DNA of 64,000 bases from contig OX044367.1 of assembly GCA_943846785.1 (NCBI GenBank), forward strand, positions 132,276 through 196,275, read 5' to 3'. The DNA comes from an uncultured SAR86 cluster bacterium. GTDB taxonomy: Bacteria > Pseudomonadota > Gammaproteobacteria > Magnimaribacterales > D2472. Below, piece by piece: positions 29,658 through 39,676 of this stretch; the first letter of the stretch is position 1; each line of letters starts with the position of its first letter. The notes under the pieces were generated by a model. The model saw only the letters and a program-made list of their open reading frames with translations. It did no database searches and had not been told where the DNA came from. The position numbers and the translations under genes were made by a program.

Positions 29658-30335
29658 TTAAAAATCAAATGAAAAGCCTAATTCTTTTAATTTTATGTTT
29701 GAGATGCATCTTTTCGATGAATCCATGGTTATATCTTCTGAGCAATGAATGATATTATTTTTTGTCTCAATTATAGGAGTGGGTTTATTGATAAGAAAAT
29801 CTATTATTTTTGCTGCGCTGTTTCTGTTGAGCCTATTAAAAGAATGTTTTTTAGAGGTATCAGAATAAAGTCCTGAAAACCTTAAAATAGTTAGTTTAGC
29901 TTTATAACAATCCCTTAGAGATGACTCATAATCTTTTATTATCTTTCCTCTGAAATCACCTGGAATGGGCTCTGTATCTTCTGTTAAGTTGCCAGTTTGA
30001 TATTCGCCAAATACACGAGTTGATGATATTGCAATAATATTGTTATAAGTAATAAATTTAAGTGCATCATTAATATTTTTTATAGATGTTAAAAAACCAT
30101 CTACATAACCACTTTCTGACATTTCACTTGGCTTAGGTATCACAATTACAAAATCAAAATTAATATCTTTAATAGGAAATGGCTTAGATAAAAGCCAATC
30201 CCAAGAAAAATGATTCACACCCTCTTCTTTAACTATGCCTCTGCTTAAGGCATAAATATTAATATCTTGATTACAATGCGCTCTTAATCTTCGACCAATA
30301 TCACCGTAGCCTATTATTAGGATATTTTTCTTCAC
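29658..30335 (-). CDS. NAD(P)-binding Rossmann-fold protein (atypical SDR/epimerase-like)
   Basis: The N-terminus ILIIGYGDIGRRL is glycine-rich. The start is GTG. No specific family was recognised. Confidence 0.4.
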   Translation of the reverse strand: MKKNILIIGYGDIGRRLRAHCNQDINIYALSRGIVKEEGVNHFSWDWLLSKPFPIKDINFDFVIVIPKPSEMSESGYVDGFLTSIKNINDALKFITYNNIIAISSTRVFGEYQTGNLTEDTEPIPGDFRGKIIKDYESSLRDCYKAKLTILRFSGLYSDTSKKHSFNRLNRNSAAKIIDFLINKPTPIIETKNNIIHCSEDITMDSSKRCISNIKLKELGFSFDF

Positions 30336-30350
30336 GATTTAATTTAACAT

Positions 30351-30378
30351 ATGATCCAGAGAATTAACCCTGGATCAT
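30351..30378 (-). terminator. Hairpin downstream of hppA (possible terminator or RNA-stabilising element)
   Basis: A perfect 9-bp inverted repeat, ATGATCCAG ... CTGGATCAT, flanks a 10-nt loop. It lies 19 nt after the hppA stop. The following tract is A/T-rich but not a clean U-run. Confidence 0.35.
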
Positions 30379-30396
30379 AAGAATTTGAAAGTACTT

Positions 30397-32379
30397 TTAT
30401 ATACTTAAAAGAGGAGCTATAACTAAACTGACAATAGCCATAACATTAATTAATATGTTCATTGCTGGACCAGAGGTATCCTTAAAAGGATCTCCTACAG
30501 TATCTCCAACAACAACAGCAGCATGAGTATCTGAACCCTTGCCACCAAGATTTCCTTTTTCAACATATTTCTTAGCGTTATCCCATGCCCCACCAGCGTT
30601 TGCCATCATTAAGGCCAAAGATACACACCCCAGAAGACCACCAGCAAGCATTCCACCAAGAGCTTCGGCGCCAAGGACAAAACCAACTAATGCAGGCATA
30701 CCTACAGCAATAACCCCAGGAAGTAACATTTTCTTTAAAGAAGCCTGAGTTGCTATTTCAACACATTTTTCAGAATCTGGATCTGCGGTTCCTTCCATCA
30801 ATCCATCAATTTCTTTAAATTGTCTTCTTATTTCATTAATCATTTCGAATGCTGCATCACCAACGGCTTTCATTGTGATAGATGCAATAGCAAATGGGAT
30901 ACAGCCGCCAATAAACATTCCAACAAGAACAATTGGTTTTGTAAGTGCTAAAGAGAAGTCTGGGTTATTTAAAGATACAACAGCAGAGAAGGCTGAAATA
31001 ATTGCAAGCGCAGCCAAAGCAGCAGCACCAATAGCAAAACCTTTACCAATTGCTGCAGTAGTATTACCCAGCTCATCTAATGAGTCTGTAATATCTCTAA
31101 CTTCCTTACCCATCCCTGACATTTCTGCAATTCCACCTGCATTGTCTGCAACAGGTCCATATGCATCAATTGCCATAGTGATACCAACTGTCGACAACAT
31201 TCCAACAGCTGCAATACCTACACCGTAAACACCTGAAAGCCCTGTAGAAACAAAAATTATTGAGGCAAGAATCACGATAGGAATAACAACAGATTCCATT
31301 CCTACTGCAAGACCAGAAATCATAACTGTAGCTGAACCAGTCTCTCCTGACTCTGCAATACTTCTAACAGGTTTGTTTTCAGAATCTGTATAGTATTCAG
31401 TTATTAAGCCGATTAAAACTCCACCAACAGCACCAGCGATAACACACCACCAAACTGCAGTTGATACACCAGGAAGTGAATCAATTAGAACCCATGCAAA
31501 GCCCACAAATATAACTGGTGCTAGCATTGTTCCTGATCTTAAAGCACTTGCAGGCGCTTTTGCTGATTGAAGTTTCACTATTATGATTCCTATGATTGAG
31601 GCAATTAATCCAACAGAGGCAAGCAATAAAGGAAGCATCATCATATCTTGAGATCCCAAGGTGTATGCAATAGCAATAGATGCAATCATAGAACCGCAAT
31701 ATGATTCAAAGATATCAGAGCCCATTCCAGCTACATCACCAACATTGTCTCCAACATTATCAGCAATAACACCAGGGTTTCTTGGATCATCTTCAGGAAT
31801 ACCAGCCTCAATTTTGCCAACTAAATCAGCACCAACATCAGCACTTTTTGTGAAGATGCCTCCACCAACTCTTGAGAATAAAGCAACAACAGATGCTCCC
31901 ATTCCAAAACCTTCTAATGCATGAACATGTCCATCGCTAAAAAAGAAATATAATCCACCAAGGCCAATTAGACCAAGAGATGCTACACAAAGCCCCATTA
32001 CCGAACCACCATAAAATGAAACTGATAAAGCTGCGGAAGCGCCATCTTGCTGAGCAGCAGTTGCTGTTCTAACATTTGCTTTAGTGGCGGCATACATGCC
32101 TATGAAACCAGCTAAAGAGGAAGCTGCCGCACCAGTAATAACTGCAATTGCAGAATGAACACCCAAAGCTATGTAAACCAATACAACTAAAACAGCCATA
32201 AAAGCTAATAGATACTTATATTCAGTTTTCATAAACGCTAGTGCGCCATTGTGGATTTGATCACCAATTTTTTTGACTTTATCTTGGCCATCTGGATATT
32301 TCATTACTAGTCTGTAAACTACAAGTGCAGCTACCATGCCGACCAAACCTAGTAATGGTGGAATTAATAAAACATTCAT
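30397..32379 (-). CDS. hppA: Membrane-integral pyrophosphatase, K+-dependent type with a Na+-pump-like signature
   Basis: Motifs [49 protein letters not shown] and [16 protein letters not shown] are present in a 660-aa polytopic protein. Confidence 0.9.
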   Translation of the reverse strand: MNVLLIPPLLGLVGMVAALVVYRLVMKYPDGQDKVKKIGDQIHNGALAFMKTEYKYLLAFMAVLVVLVYIALGVHSAIAVITGAAASSLAGFIGMYAATKANVRTATAAQQDGASAALSVSFYGGSVMGLCVASLGLIGLGGLYFFFSDGHVHALEGFGMGASVVALFSRVGGGIFTKSADVGADLVGKIEAGIPEDDPRNPGVIADNVGDNVGDVAGMGSDIFESYCGSMIASIAIAYTLGSQDMMMLPLLLASVGLIASIIGIIIVKLQSAKAPASALRSGTMLAPVIFVGFAWVLIDSLPGVSTAVWWCVIAGAVGGVLIGLITEYYTDSENKPVRSIAESGETGSATVMISGLAVGMESVVIPIVILASIIFVSTGLSGVYGVGIAAVGMLSTVGITMAIDAYGPVADNAGGIAEMSGMGKEVRDITDSLDELGNTTAAIGKGFAIGAAALAALAIISAFSAVVSLNNPDFSLALTKPIVLVGMFIGGCIPFAIASITMKAVGDAAFEMINEIRRQFKEIDGLMEGTADPDSEKCVEIATQASLKKMLLPGVIAVGMPALVGFVLGAEALGGMLAGGLLGCVSLALMMANAGGAWDNAKKYVEKGNLGGKGSDTHAAVVVGDTVGDPFKDTSGPAMNILINVMAIVSLVIAPLLSI

Positions 32380-32442
32380 ACGGAACCCCTTTTTTTAAAA
32401 AAGCATTCTATCAAATTATTGTAAAAAAGACCTATTTAAATA

Positions 32443-33693
32443 CTATTTATTGTAAATATTTTTATCAAGTAGGCCTTCAGAATTTGCCACAATACATGCA
32501 ACTGCCGCATCGCCAGTAACATTTACAGATGTTCTTAACATGTCCAAGATTCTATCTACTGCTAATATTATTCCTATTGCTTCCAAAGGAAGGCCAAATT
32601 GTTGCAATATTATTACTAACGTTATGGTCCCAGCCGAAGGAACTGCAGCAGTTCCAATCGAGGTTACAACAGCCAAAATAACAACCTGAATATATTGAAT
32701 AAGAGATAGATCAATTCCAGACATTTGAGCAATAAATACTGTAGCCATCCCCTGCATAATTGCAGTTCCATCCATATTTATGGTTGCTCCAACTGGTATA
32801 ACGAATGATGCAACATTTTTATTAACGCCAAGATTATCCTGAACTGTTTTTAGGGTTACAGGAATAGTTGCTGCGCTTGATGATGTTGAAAAAGCAAAAA
32901 TAGCCACTTCTCTCATTTTTTTATAAAAAGTTGTTAGGCTTAGATTTGTAAATATTTTAAGAATTAAAGAATAAGTGACAACCGCATGAATAAATAAGAC
33001 TGCTATTAATAAAGCAACATATTTAAAAGCTTCTTGGAAAATATCTAACCCATCAGCAATGACAAACTTTCCTATTAAACAAAATACACCAATAGGTGCA
33101 AATGCAATAATCATTATTACAAGCTGCATGAAAACAGTATTAAGCTTTTCAAAAGACTCACTAAAATTATTAGTTAAATGATTTGTTTTATTTAAGGCTA
33201 GGCCAAATAAAATACTAAAAAATACAACAGCAAGCATTTGGTTGTTAGCCATGGCCTCAATAATATTTGAAGGGAAAATATCAAGAACAGTCTCATAGAT
33301 GCCTTGACCCTGAGGCAGTTTTTCTGGAGGCGCTATATTAGAAGAATATCCAGATCCAGGTTTAAAAATAGAACCTACAATTAAAGATAGAGAAACTGCA
33401 ATTGCAGTAGTAGATAAATACAAGGCAACAGTCTTAAAAGTTATATTCCCAAGACTAGTCATATTTGTTAATGATGAAATTCCTGAAACAAGTGAAAAGA
33501 AGACCAAGGGAACAATAAGAAGTTTCAGTAAATTCACAAATATAGAGCTGCCTAAATTAAATATATAAGTTTCTATAAATTGTTTAATCCCAGATGGAAG
33601 AAAATTTGTATAAAAAAGAATTGCGCCAACTACAAAACCTATAAACATTCCAAGAAGAATATTTCTTGTTAAATTCTTAGGCGCGTCAATCAT
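32443..33693 (-). CDS. Dicarboxylate/amino acid:cation symporter (DAACS family)
   Basis: Motifs SSSAATIPVT, NMDGTA and DRILDMLRTSVNVTGD are present in a polytopic 416-aa protein. Confidence 0.85.
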   Translation of the reverse strand: MIDAPKNLTRNILLGMFIGFVVGAILFYTNFLPSGIKQFIETYIFNLGSSIFVNLLKLLIVPLVFFSLVSGISSLTNMTSLGNITFKTVALYLSTTAIAVSLSLIVGSIFKPGSGYSSNIAPPEKLPQGQGIYETVLDIFPSNIIEAMANNQMLAVVFFSILFGLALNKTNHLTNNFSESFEKLNTVFMQLVIMIIAFAPIGVFCLIGKFVIADGLDIFQEAFKYVALLIAVLFIHAVVTYSLILKIFTNLSLTTFYKKMREVAIFAFSTSSSAATIPVTLKTVQDNLGVNKNVASFVIPVGATINMDGTAIMQGMATVFIAQMSGIDLSLIQYIQVVILAVVTSIGTAAVPSAGTITLVIILQQFGLPLEAIGIILAVDRILDMLRTSVNVTGDAAVACIVANSEGLLDKNIYNK

Positions 33694-33863
33694 TAGATTT
33701 CTATCATATCAAAATCTTCCTTCCCAACACCACATTCTGGACATAACCAATCATCAGGCACATCATCCCAAGCTGTTCCTGGCTCTATTCCATCATCCGG
33801 CCAACCTAATTCTTCATCATAAATTAAGCCACACACTATGCATTCCCACTTTTTAAATTCCAT
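33693..33863 (-). CDS. Rubredoxin (56 aa; not in the supplied ORF track)
   Basis: My own translation of the minus strand is MEFKKWECIVCGLIYDEELGWPDDGIEPGTAWDDVPDDWLCPECGVGKEDFDMIEI. It has two CxxCG knuckles and the conserved W/Y/F core. The TAA stop shares 1 nt with the ATG of the DAACS gene. Confidence 0.85.
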   Translation of the reverse strand: MEFKKWECIVCGLIYDEELGWPDDGIEPGTAWDDVPDDWLCPECGVGKEDFDMIEI

Positions 33864-33927
33864 AATTTGTTAAATGTTATAAATATTAATAAAAAAACTT
33901 GCGAGTATAATATCAGAATTATAAAAC

Positions 33928-34431
33928 ATGACTATGCAGCTTAAACAAATTTCATCATGGAAAACATTTGATAGCATCCATAAGGATGTGAAGGATGAAT
34001 ACGTTAAGTCTTGGCTTCTTGAAAAAGGTCCAATTACAAACAGAATAAGTATTAATAATAGTTTTAATCTAGAGTTATTGAGCGATGCTATTTCAAATGT
34101 TCTAGAGCAAGATCAATTATTCCTTGGCTCCTTATCAAAAGAATTTAAAGTTAGAGAAGTCATTCTTCATGGAGATGGCATTCCAATGGTATTTGCTAGA
34201 ACTATAATTCCCTTAATAACCATTCAGGATGGTTTAGCTGAATTGGGTGAATTGGGACAGAGACCTCTAGGAGATATTTTATTTGAAAAAAAAATATTTA
34301 AGAAAAAAGATTCTGTATATTCATCATTTGAATTTAAGAAAAATATTTTTTGGGGAAGAAAAATAAAATACTTAGTAAATAAACAACCATTCTCAGTAAT
34401 GGAGGTTTTTCTTTTCAAGAATGAAGACTAA
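33928..34431 (+). CDS. ubiC: Chorismate pyruvate-lyase
   Basis: This is a 167-aa protein with WLLEKGPITNRI and PLGDILF segments. It lies directly upstream of ubiA and overlaps it by 11 nt. Confidence 0.7.
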   Translation: MTMQLKQISSWKTFDSIHKDVKDEYVKSWLLEKGPITNRISINNSFNLELLSDAISNVLEQDQLFLGSLSKEFKVREVILHGDGIPMVFARTIIPLITIQDGLAELGELGQRPLGDILFEKKIFKKKDSVYSSFEFKKNIFWGRKIKYLVNKQPFSVMEVFLFKNED

Positions 34432-35275
34432 AATAATAAGCTACATCAGACTTGCTAGGCTTGATAAGCCAATTGGTATTTATCTTTTATTATGGCCTGC
34501 ATTGCTTGGTCTTCTGCTTGGAACGATTGCTGAGGGATATATTGATTTTGAAAATATACTTATTGTTGTAATTGGTTCAGTCTTAGTAAGATCATGTGGC
34601 TGTGTTATAAATGATATCAGCGACCACGACTTTGACAGGTTAGTAGAAAGAACAAAAAATAGACCACTTGCATCACGAGAAATTTCAGTGAAAGGTGCAT
34701 GGATCTTTTTTTCTTTTTTATCTTTGGCCTCACTAAGCTTACTCTTGATCACTCCCCCGCTAACTATAAAACTAGCATTATTCTTTTCACTTCTAATTCT
34801 TTTTTATCCATTGGCTAAGAGATTTTTAAAAGCTCCTCAACTTATCCTTGGTATAACATTTGGTTCGAGCTCATTAATATCGTATTCGCTTCAATCTGCA
34901 TCATATACACCATCAATAATTGTTTTATATTTTGGTCTTATAGCCTGGATAGTTAGCTTCGATACTTTCTATGCTCTTGAGGACATTGATGATGATAGGA
35001 AGATTGGTATTAACTCTACTCCTCTTTTGTGGGGTGAAAAGGCCACAACGATTGCTAACTTTTTACATATAATTTTTTTATTTACCCTTTCACTAATTGC
35101 ATATATAAATTCATTTTCTATATTTTTCTTATTTACAATGTTTTGCTTAATAGCACTTTTTTATTTCCAAAATCAGTTAGTTAAAGAAAAAAGGTTTTTA
35201 GAAGCTTTCAAATTAAATAACTATGTCGGCATGGTTGCGGTTTTCAGTTTTACTTTAGAAATATTTTTTTTATAA
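34421..35275 (+). CDS. ubiA: 4-hydroxybenzoate polyprenyltransferase
   Basis: The UbiA prenyltransferase motifs NDISDHDFD and YALEDIDDD are present in a polytopic protein. Confidence 0.9.
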   Translation: MKTKIISYIRLARLDKPIGIYLLLWPALLGLLLGTIAEGYIDFENILIVVIGSVLVRSCGCVINDISDHDFDRLVERTKNRPLASREISVKGAWIFFSFLSLASLSLLLITPPLTIKLALFFSLLILFYPLAKRFLKAPQLILGITFGSSSLISYSLQSASYTPSIIVLYFGLIAWIVSFDTFYALEDIDDDRKIGINSTPLLWGEKATTIANFLHIIFLFTLSLIAYINSFSIFFLFTMFCLIALFYFQNQLVKEKRFLEAFKLNNYVGMVAVFSFTLEIFFL

Positions 35276-35278
35276 AAG

Positions 35279-36418
35279 ATGACTATCGAAAACAAATTTC
35301 TAAATAAAATTTCTGACATATCTAAAATCGATTTTAAGAATAACCTTAATGGTTATAACTCCCCATTTATGTCGTATGAGTTTTTACAGTCACTTGAAGA
35401 AAGTGGATCTGTTGCAGTGTCTTCAGGCTGGGATCCGTTCCATTTTGCATCCTATGATGATGAAAGACTTAATGGTTTTATGCCTTTATATATTAAAAAT
35501 AATAGTCAAGGAGAGTTTGTGTTCGATCATCAATGGTCATATGCACTTAACAGAACAAATAGAAATTATTATCCAAAGCTTCTGAGCGCCATACCATTTA
35601 CACCATGCGAAACAAAAAAAATTATAACAAGTGATAACAACGATAATAATTGTATAGAGATAACCAAACAATTGATGGAAGAAAAAAATATTGAAACCTG
35701 GCATATTCTTTTTCCAAACCAAGATGCTGGCAAGCAACTTATTTCTAATAATTTTATAAAAAGAAGTGGTTATAGGTTTGTCTGGAATAATAAAAAATAT
35801 CAAGAATTCGAAGATTATCTTAAAATTTTTACATCCAGACAAAGAAAAAATATTAAATCAGAAAGAAAAAAAATAAAAGATCTTGGCATCACATTTGTAA
35901 CAAAAGATTGGGATTCAATCACAGAAAAGGATTGGGATGACTTTTATCTTTTTTATAAAAATACTTACTTGGAAAGAATGCAATCGCCATACTTAAATAG
36001 AAAGTTTTTTAAGCATATCCATAAAGATAAAAAAATACTTAAGCCCGTTCTCTTTTTTGCTGAATATGAAAATAAAAAGATTGCCGGATCATTATGCTTT
36101 CACGGGGAAGATACGCTGTATGGAAGGCATTGGGGAGCATTTAAAAATATTGATAATTTGCATTTTGAATGCTGCTATTATCAAGGTATAGACTATTGTA
36201 TTAAAAATAATATTAAATTTTTTGATCCTGGCGTTCAGGGAGAGCACAAAATTAGAAGAGGTTTTGAACCTCAGTCTTGCGACTCATATCACTTCGTATT
36301 AAGAGAAGATTTTAGAGATGCAATCAAGAACTTTTGTTATGAAGAGAGTAAATCTATTGAAAATTATCTTAAGGCATGTGAAGAATATACACCTATAAAA
36401 AAAGAATATAGAATTTAG
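35279..36418 (+). CDS. FemAB-like/GNAT-fold protein of unknown function (COG3146, DUF482-like)
   Basis: The call rests on length (379 aa) and recalled family features (..FLQSLEESGSV.., ..CYYQGIDYCI.., PGVQGEHKIRRGF). Confidence 0.45.
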   Translation: MTIENKFLNKISDISKIDFKNNLNGYNSPFMSYEFLQSLEESGSVAVSSGWDPFHFASYDDERLNGFMPLYIKNNSQGEFVFDHQWSYALNRTNRNYYPKLLSAIPFTPCETKKIITSDNNDNNCIEITKQLMEEKNIETWHILFPNQDAGKQLISNNFIKRSGYRFVWNNKKYQEFEDYLKIFTSRQRKNIKSERKKIKDLGITFVTKDWDSITEKDWDDFYLFYKNTYLERMQSPYLNRKFFKHIHKDKKILKPVLFFAEYENKKIAGSLCFHGEDTLYGRHWGAFKNIDNLHFECCYYQGIDYCIKNNIKFFDPGVQGEHKIRRGFEPQSCDSYHFVLREDFRDAIKNFCYEESKSIENYLKACEEYTPIKKEYRI

Positions 36419-36420
36419 AA

Positions 36421-36867
36421 ATGATTAAAACCTTGCCAATAACCTCCCATCATATAGCAATTTGTGAAGGTAACTTTTTAAGATTACAAAGGCTTCTAGG
36501 AGAGTTTAATCAAGATAGCTATGAGTTTGAAACAGTAAATCCTGATTCATCATCACTAAATATTAGCTTTGTTATATTAAATAGAACCAAACATACGCTT
36601 ACTGTTGAGGCTAAACAAATCTCAAATCCAGAAGAAAGAATAAATACATTTATTTTAAAAATACAAATAAGTATTGATGCAAAGTTAGCGGAGGTGCATT
36701 CGTATCAGGGCGAAAAATCCTTATCCTTTTTTACAAAACTATCCACCATTCAGTCACTAGATGAGAAGGCTCAGCAAAATAGATTTCTTACTGAATGGCT
36801 TGAGAGTATTTTTATAGCAGGCATTGCATCAAAGGATAGTCTTCAAAGAATTATTAAAAATGAATAA
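36421..36867 (+). CDS. DUF1249 (YqiB-like) protein
   Basis: The N-terminal CEGNFLRLQRLL resembles the DUF1249 signature. The gene sits immediately before a YqiA-like esterase, as in the E. coli yqiB ... yqiA neighbourhood. Confidence 0.5.
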   Translation: MIKTLPITSHHIAICEGNFLRLQRLLGEFNQDSYEFETVNPDSSSLNISFVILNRTKHTLTVEAKQISNPEERINTFILKIQISIDAKLAEVHSYQGEKSLSFFTKLSTIQSLDEKAQQNRFLTEWLESIFIAGIASKDSLQRIIKNE

Positions 36868-37435
36868 AACTATTTTATATTTTCATGGCTTTAAATCATC
36901 CTCTGATTCAACTAAAGCACAAAACTTAAAGAAATTTATTAAAAAAAATACTAAAAATACATTAATAAAAGTCCCCAATCTTAATGATAATTTTGAGAAT
37001 GCTTTTAATGAAATTAATAAAATAATTGAAAGTTGTGATAATGATATTGTTTTTATGGGGAGTTCGTTGGGTGGATATTATGCAACATACTTTTCCCAAC
37101 TACATAACACTAAAGCTGTTTTAATTAATCCTGCCATAGCTCCGCTTAAAGGTTTTGATGTGAACCTAGGAGAAAATGAAAATTATGCTACTGGAAATAA
37201 ATTTATTATTAACAAAGGTGATATAAATTTTCTTAGGAGTCTTAGTTTTAAAAAACTATCTAATCTTGAAAACATAATGGTTTTAGTAGAGTCTGATGAT
37301 GAGATTTTGCCTTTTAACAAGACTAGTTCATACTTTAGTGGTTCTCATATTGATGTAACATTTGGTGGAGACCATTCATACCAATCTCTATCAAGCAAAT
37401 ATATAAAAATTAAAAACTTCTTAAATTTAGCTTAA
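36860..37435 (+). CDS. yqiA: YqiA-like alpha/beta hydrolase (UPF0227 esterase)
   Basis: MNKTILYFHGFKSS and the nucleophile elbow GSSLGG are present. The start is moved to the ATG at 36860, giving an 8-nt overlap with the upstream stop. The ORF-track start is 36824. Confidence 0.6.
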   Translation: MNKTILYFHGFKSSSDSTKAQNLKKFIKKNTKNTLIKVPNLNDNFENAFNEINKIIESCDNDIVFMGSSLGGYYATYFSQLHNTKAVLINPAIAPLKGFDVNLGENENYATGNKFIINKGDINFLRSLSFKKLSNLENIMVLVESDDEILPFNKTSSYFSGSHIDVTFGGDHSYQSLSSKYIKIKNFLNLA

Positions 37436-37436
37436 T

Positions 37437-37453
37437 TGCAATATTTTAGTGCA
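37437..37453 (+). promoter_or_regulatory. Putative NtrC-binding dyad upstream of the GS gene
   Basis: TGCAATATTTTAGTGCA matches the enterobacterial NtrC consensus TGCACCA-N3-TGGTGCA at 12 of 14 specified positions. Further GTGC(G)CATAAATT repeats occur at about 37450 and about 37479. Confidence 0.4.
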
Positions 37454-37521
37454 TAAATTATCATTTTGAACTAAAATTGTGCGCATAAATTTCAAATATT
37501 GTGCATTTACTATTAATTTAG

Positions 37522-37537
37522 TGGCATGTAAATTGCT
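37522..37537 (+). promoter_or_regulatory. Sigma-54 (-24/-12) promoter
   Basis: TGGCAT-GTAAA-TTGCT matches the consensus TGGCAC-N5-TTGCW with exact spacing. It lies 37 nt upstream of the GS start codon, and an NtrB/NtrC pair is encoded just downstream. Confidence 0.65.
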
Positions 37538-37573
37538 TTAATTAAATAGAGTTAATTCTATTTAGGAGAAAAA

Positions 37574-38554
37574 ATGACAAACTATAAAACGTATGAATAC
37601 ATATGGCTTGATGGCTATAAACCAGAGTCATCAATGAGAAGTAAAGTAAAAGCTACAGATGCTGATACACCACCTGATTGGTCTTTTGATGGATCATCTA
37701 CACAACAAGCTGAAGGCGGAAGTTCGGACTGCCTTCTAATACCTGTTCAAACTTATGCAAATGATAATGGACATGACCTTGTAATGACTCAAGTTCAGTC
37801 AGCTGATCATACGACTCATCCTTCTAATTTTAGAGCAGCTGCAGAGAAAGTTGTCACTGATGAATGGTGGTTTGGTTTTGAACAAGAGTTCTTTTTTACA
37901 GATCCAGAAACTGGTGACCCATTAGGATGGGAAAAAGGAGAGCCACGAGCACAAGGTGATTATTACTGTGGGGTTGGAGCTGGAAATGTTGTTGGAAGAG
38001 AAATCTCTGATATTCATTTACAGGCATGTCTAGATCTTGGAATTACACTTACTGGAACAAACGCTGAAGTTGCTCTTGGGCAATGGGAATATCAATGTCT
38101 TGGAAAAGGAATTAAGGCTGCTGATGATTTATGGGTAAGCAGATATCTACTTTATAAAATAGCTGAAGAGTTTGGCGTAGGAGTAAATATTCATCCTAAA
38201 CCTAAAACTGGTGATTGGAATGGATCTGGAATGCATACAAATTTCTCAAATGAAGAAATGAGAACAAATGGTTCTGAGGAATTATTTAATTCAATGTGCG
38301 ACAAACTTGGTGCAGTTCATAAAGAAGGAATTGAGGCATACGGATCAGACAATGACATGAGATTGACTGGATTACATGAAACTCAAAGCATTGATCAATT
38401 TTCTTACGGTGTTAGTGACAGGGGCGCAAGTATAAGAATTCCTGTATATACAGTTGAACATAATTGGAATGGTTACTTAGAAGATAGAAGACCTGCTTCT
38501 AATGCTGATCCATATAAAATCCTTTCTCATATTGTAGGGACTTTATCTAAATAA
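37574..38554 (+). CDS. glnII: Glutamine synthetase type II (eukaryote-like GSII)
   Basis: This 326-aa protein carries YIWLDG, WSFDGSSTQQAEG, DYYCGVGAG, TNAEVALGQWEYQ, PKPKTGDWNGSGMHTNFS, RLTGLHET, RGASIRIP and EDRRPASNADPY. Confidence 0.85.
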   Translation: MTNYKTYEYIWLDGYKPESSMRSKVKATDADTPPDWSFDGSSTQQAEGGSSDCLLIPVQTYANDNGHDLVMTQVQSADHTTHPSNFRAAAEKVVTDEWWFGFEQEFFFTDPETGDPLGWEKGEPRAQGDYYCGVGAGNVVGREISDIHLQACLDLGITLTGTNAEVALGQWEYQCLGKGIKAADDLWVSRYLLYKIAEEFGVGVNIHPKPKTGDWNGSGMHTNFSNEEMRTNGSEELFNSMCDKLGAVHKEGIEAYGSDNDMRLTGLHETQSIDQFSYGVSDRGASIRIPVYTVEHNWNGYLEDRRPASNADPYKILSHIVGTLSK

Positions 38555-38562
38555 ATAACTCA

Positions 38563-38590
38563 AACTAGCTCCTTGAAAAAGGGGCTAGTT
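38563..38590 (+). terminator. Hairpin between the GS gene and ntrB (possible attenuating terminator or processing site)
   Basis: AACTAGCTCC-ttgaaaaa-GGGGCTAGTT forms a 10-bp stem with one mismatch, starting 9 nt after the GS stop. No U-run follows it. Confidence 0.3.
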
Positions 38591-38596
38591 CAATTA

Positions 38597-39676
38597 ATGG
38601 CTGATATCAATAATATTAAAAACTCTTTACTGAACCAACTAGCATCAGAAATAATTGTATTAAGTAAAGACCTTAATATACTTTGGGCAAATGACTCTGC
38701 TCTTAGCAATGGCTGGATGTTGAGTGATGGTGACTCAAATAAAATAACAAATCAATTTAATCACGAAACTTCTGAAGAATTAACCAAACTTTTAACGGAT
38801 TGCATTTCATCTAACGCATCCATTACAAAAAGAGGTTTTAGACTTTATAAGTCACAAGAAAAAAATAGAACTGTTGATCTAACAGTAAGTTGGTCTAACA
38901 GTGACGATATATTAATAATAGAGTTATTTTGCATAGATAATCTAAATAAGATAATAGATTCTTCAAAAACTTTTTCTACACAAAAAATTGCAGCAAACCT
39001 AGCTAGAACTTTAGCTCATGAAGTTAAAAACCCTCTTTCTGGAATTAAAGGTAGTGCTCAAATACTCTCTTCAAAACTTGAAGATGATTTTTCAAAGAAA
39101 TTTTTAAAAATAATAATTGATGAAACTGAACGTTTAAATAGCATAGTAACTAAAATTCTAACTCCACCTAAAAAACCAAAGCTTGAACTTTTTAATATTC
39201 ACTCTGCTCTTGAGAAGGTTTTTGCACTATCCCAAGTTGATAAGGATGACGTGTTAACTCTTAAAAGAGATTATGATCCAAGCATCCCAGAGATTCATGG
39301 TGATGAAGACTTATTTATTCAGGCAATTTTAAATATAGTTAAGAATGCCCAACAAGCCCTTCTTCATACAAATAACCCAATCATTACTATTAAATCAAGA
39401 GTTTCATACAATCAACCTATTAATGGAAATCTTCATGCTACGGTTTGTGAAGTTAGTATTATAGATAATGGTCCGGGAATTCCATCTGATATACAGGAGC
39501 AAGTCTTCTTTCCTATGGTTTCGTCCAAGGAAGACGGTTCAGGGCTTGGACTTTCAATTTCTCAAGATATTATCAGAATTCATGGTGGCTCAATATCGTT
39601 TAAAACAAAATCAGGACAAACCGCTTTCTCTATCGTTATTCCAATAAAGCTTGATGCTGAGGTAAAAAGTGCATAA
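38597..39676 (+). CDS. glnL: Nitrogen-regulation sensor histidine kinase NtrB
   Basis: An N-terminal PAS-like region, the H-box LAHEVKNPLSG, the N-box and the G-box DNGPGIP...GSGLGLS are present. The ATG at 38597 is preferred. The ORF-track TTG at 38573 lies in the hairpin loop. Confidence 0.85.
   Translation: MADINNIKNSLLNQLASEIIVLSKDLNILWANDSALSNGWMLSDGDSNKITNQFNHETSEELTKLLTDCISSNASITKRGFRLYKSQEKNRTVDLTVSWSNSDDILIIELFCIDNLNKIIDSSKTFSTQKIAANLARTLAHEVKNPLSGIKGSAQILSSKLEDDFSKKFLKIIIDETERLNSIVTKILTPPKKPKLELFNIHSALEKVFALSQVDKDDVLTLKRDYDPSIPEIHGDEDLFIQAILNIVKNAQQALLHTNNPIITIKSRVSYNQPINGNLHATVCEVSIIDNGPGIPSDIQEQVFFPMVSSKEDGSGLGLSISQDIIRIHGGSISFKTKSGQTAFSIVIPIKLDAEVKSA

Noticed and set aside
32380-32442. 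The palindromes TATTTAAATA and CTTTTTTAAAAAAG between the DAACS gene and hppA, considered as terminators.
   Set aside because: Both are A/T-only, so no stable stem is expected. They cannot be separated from chance.
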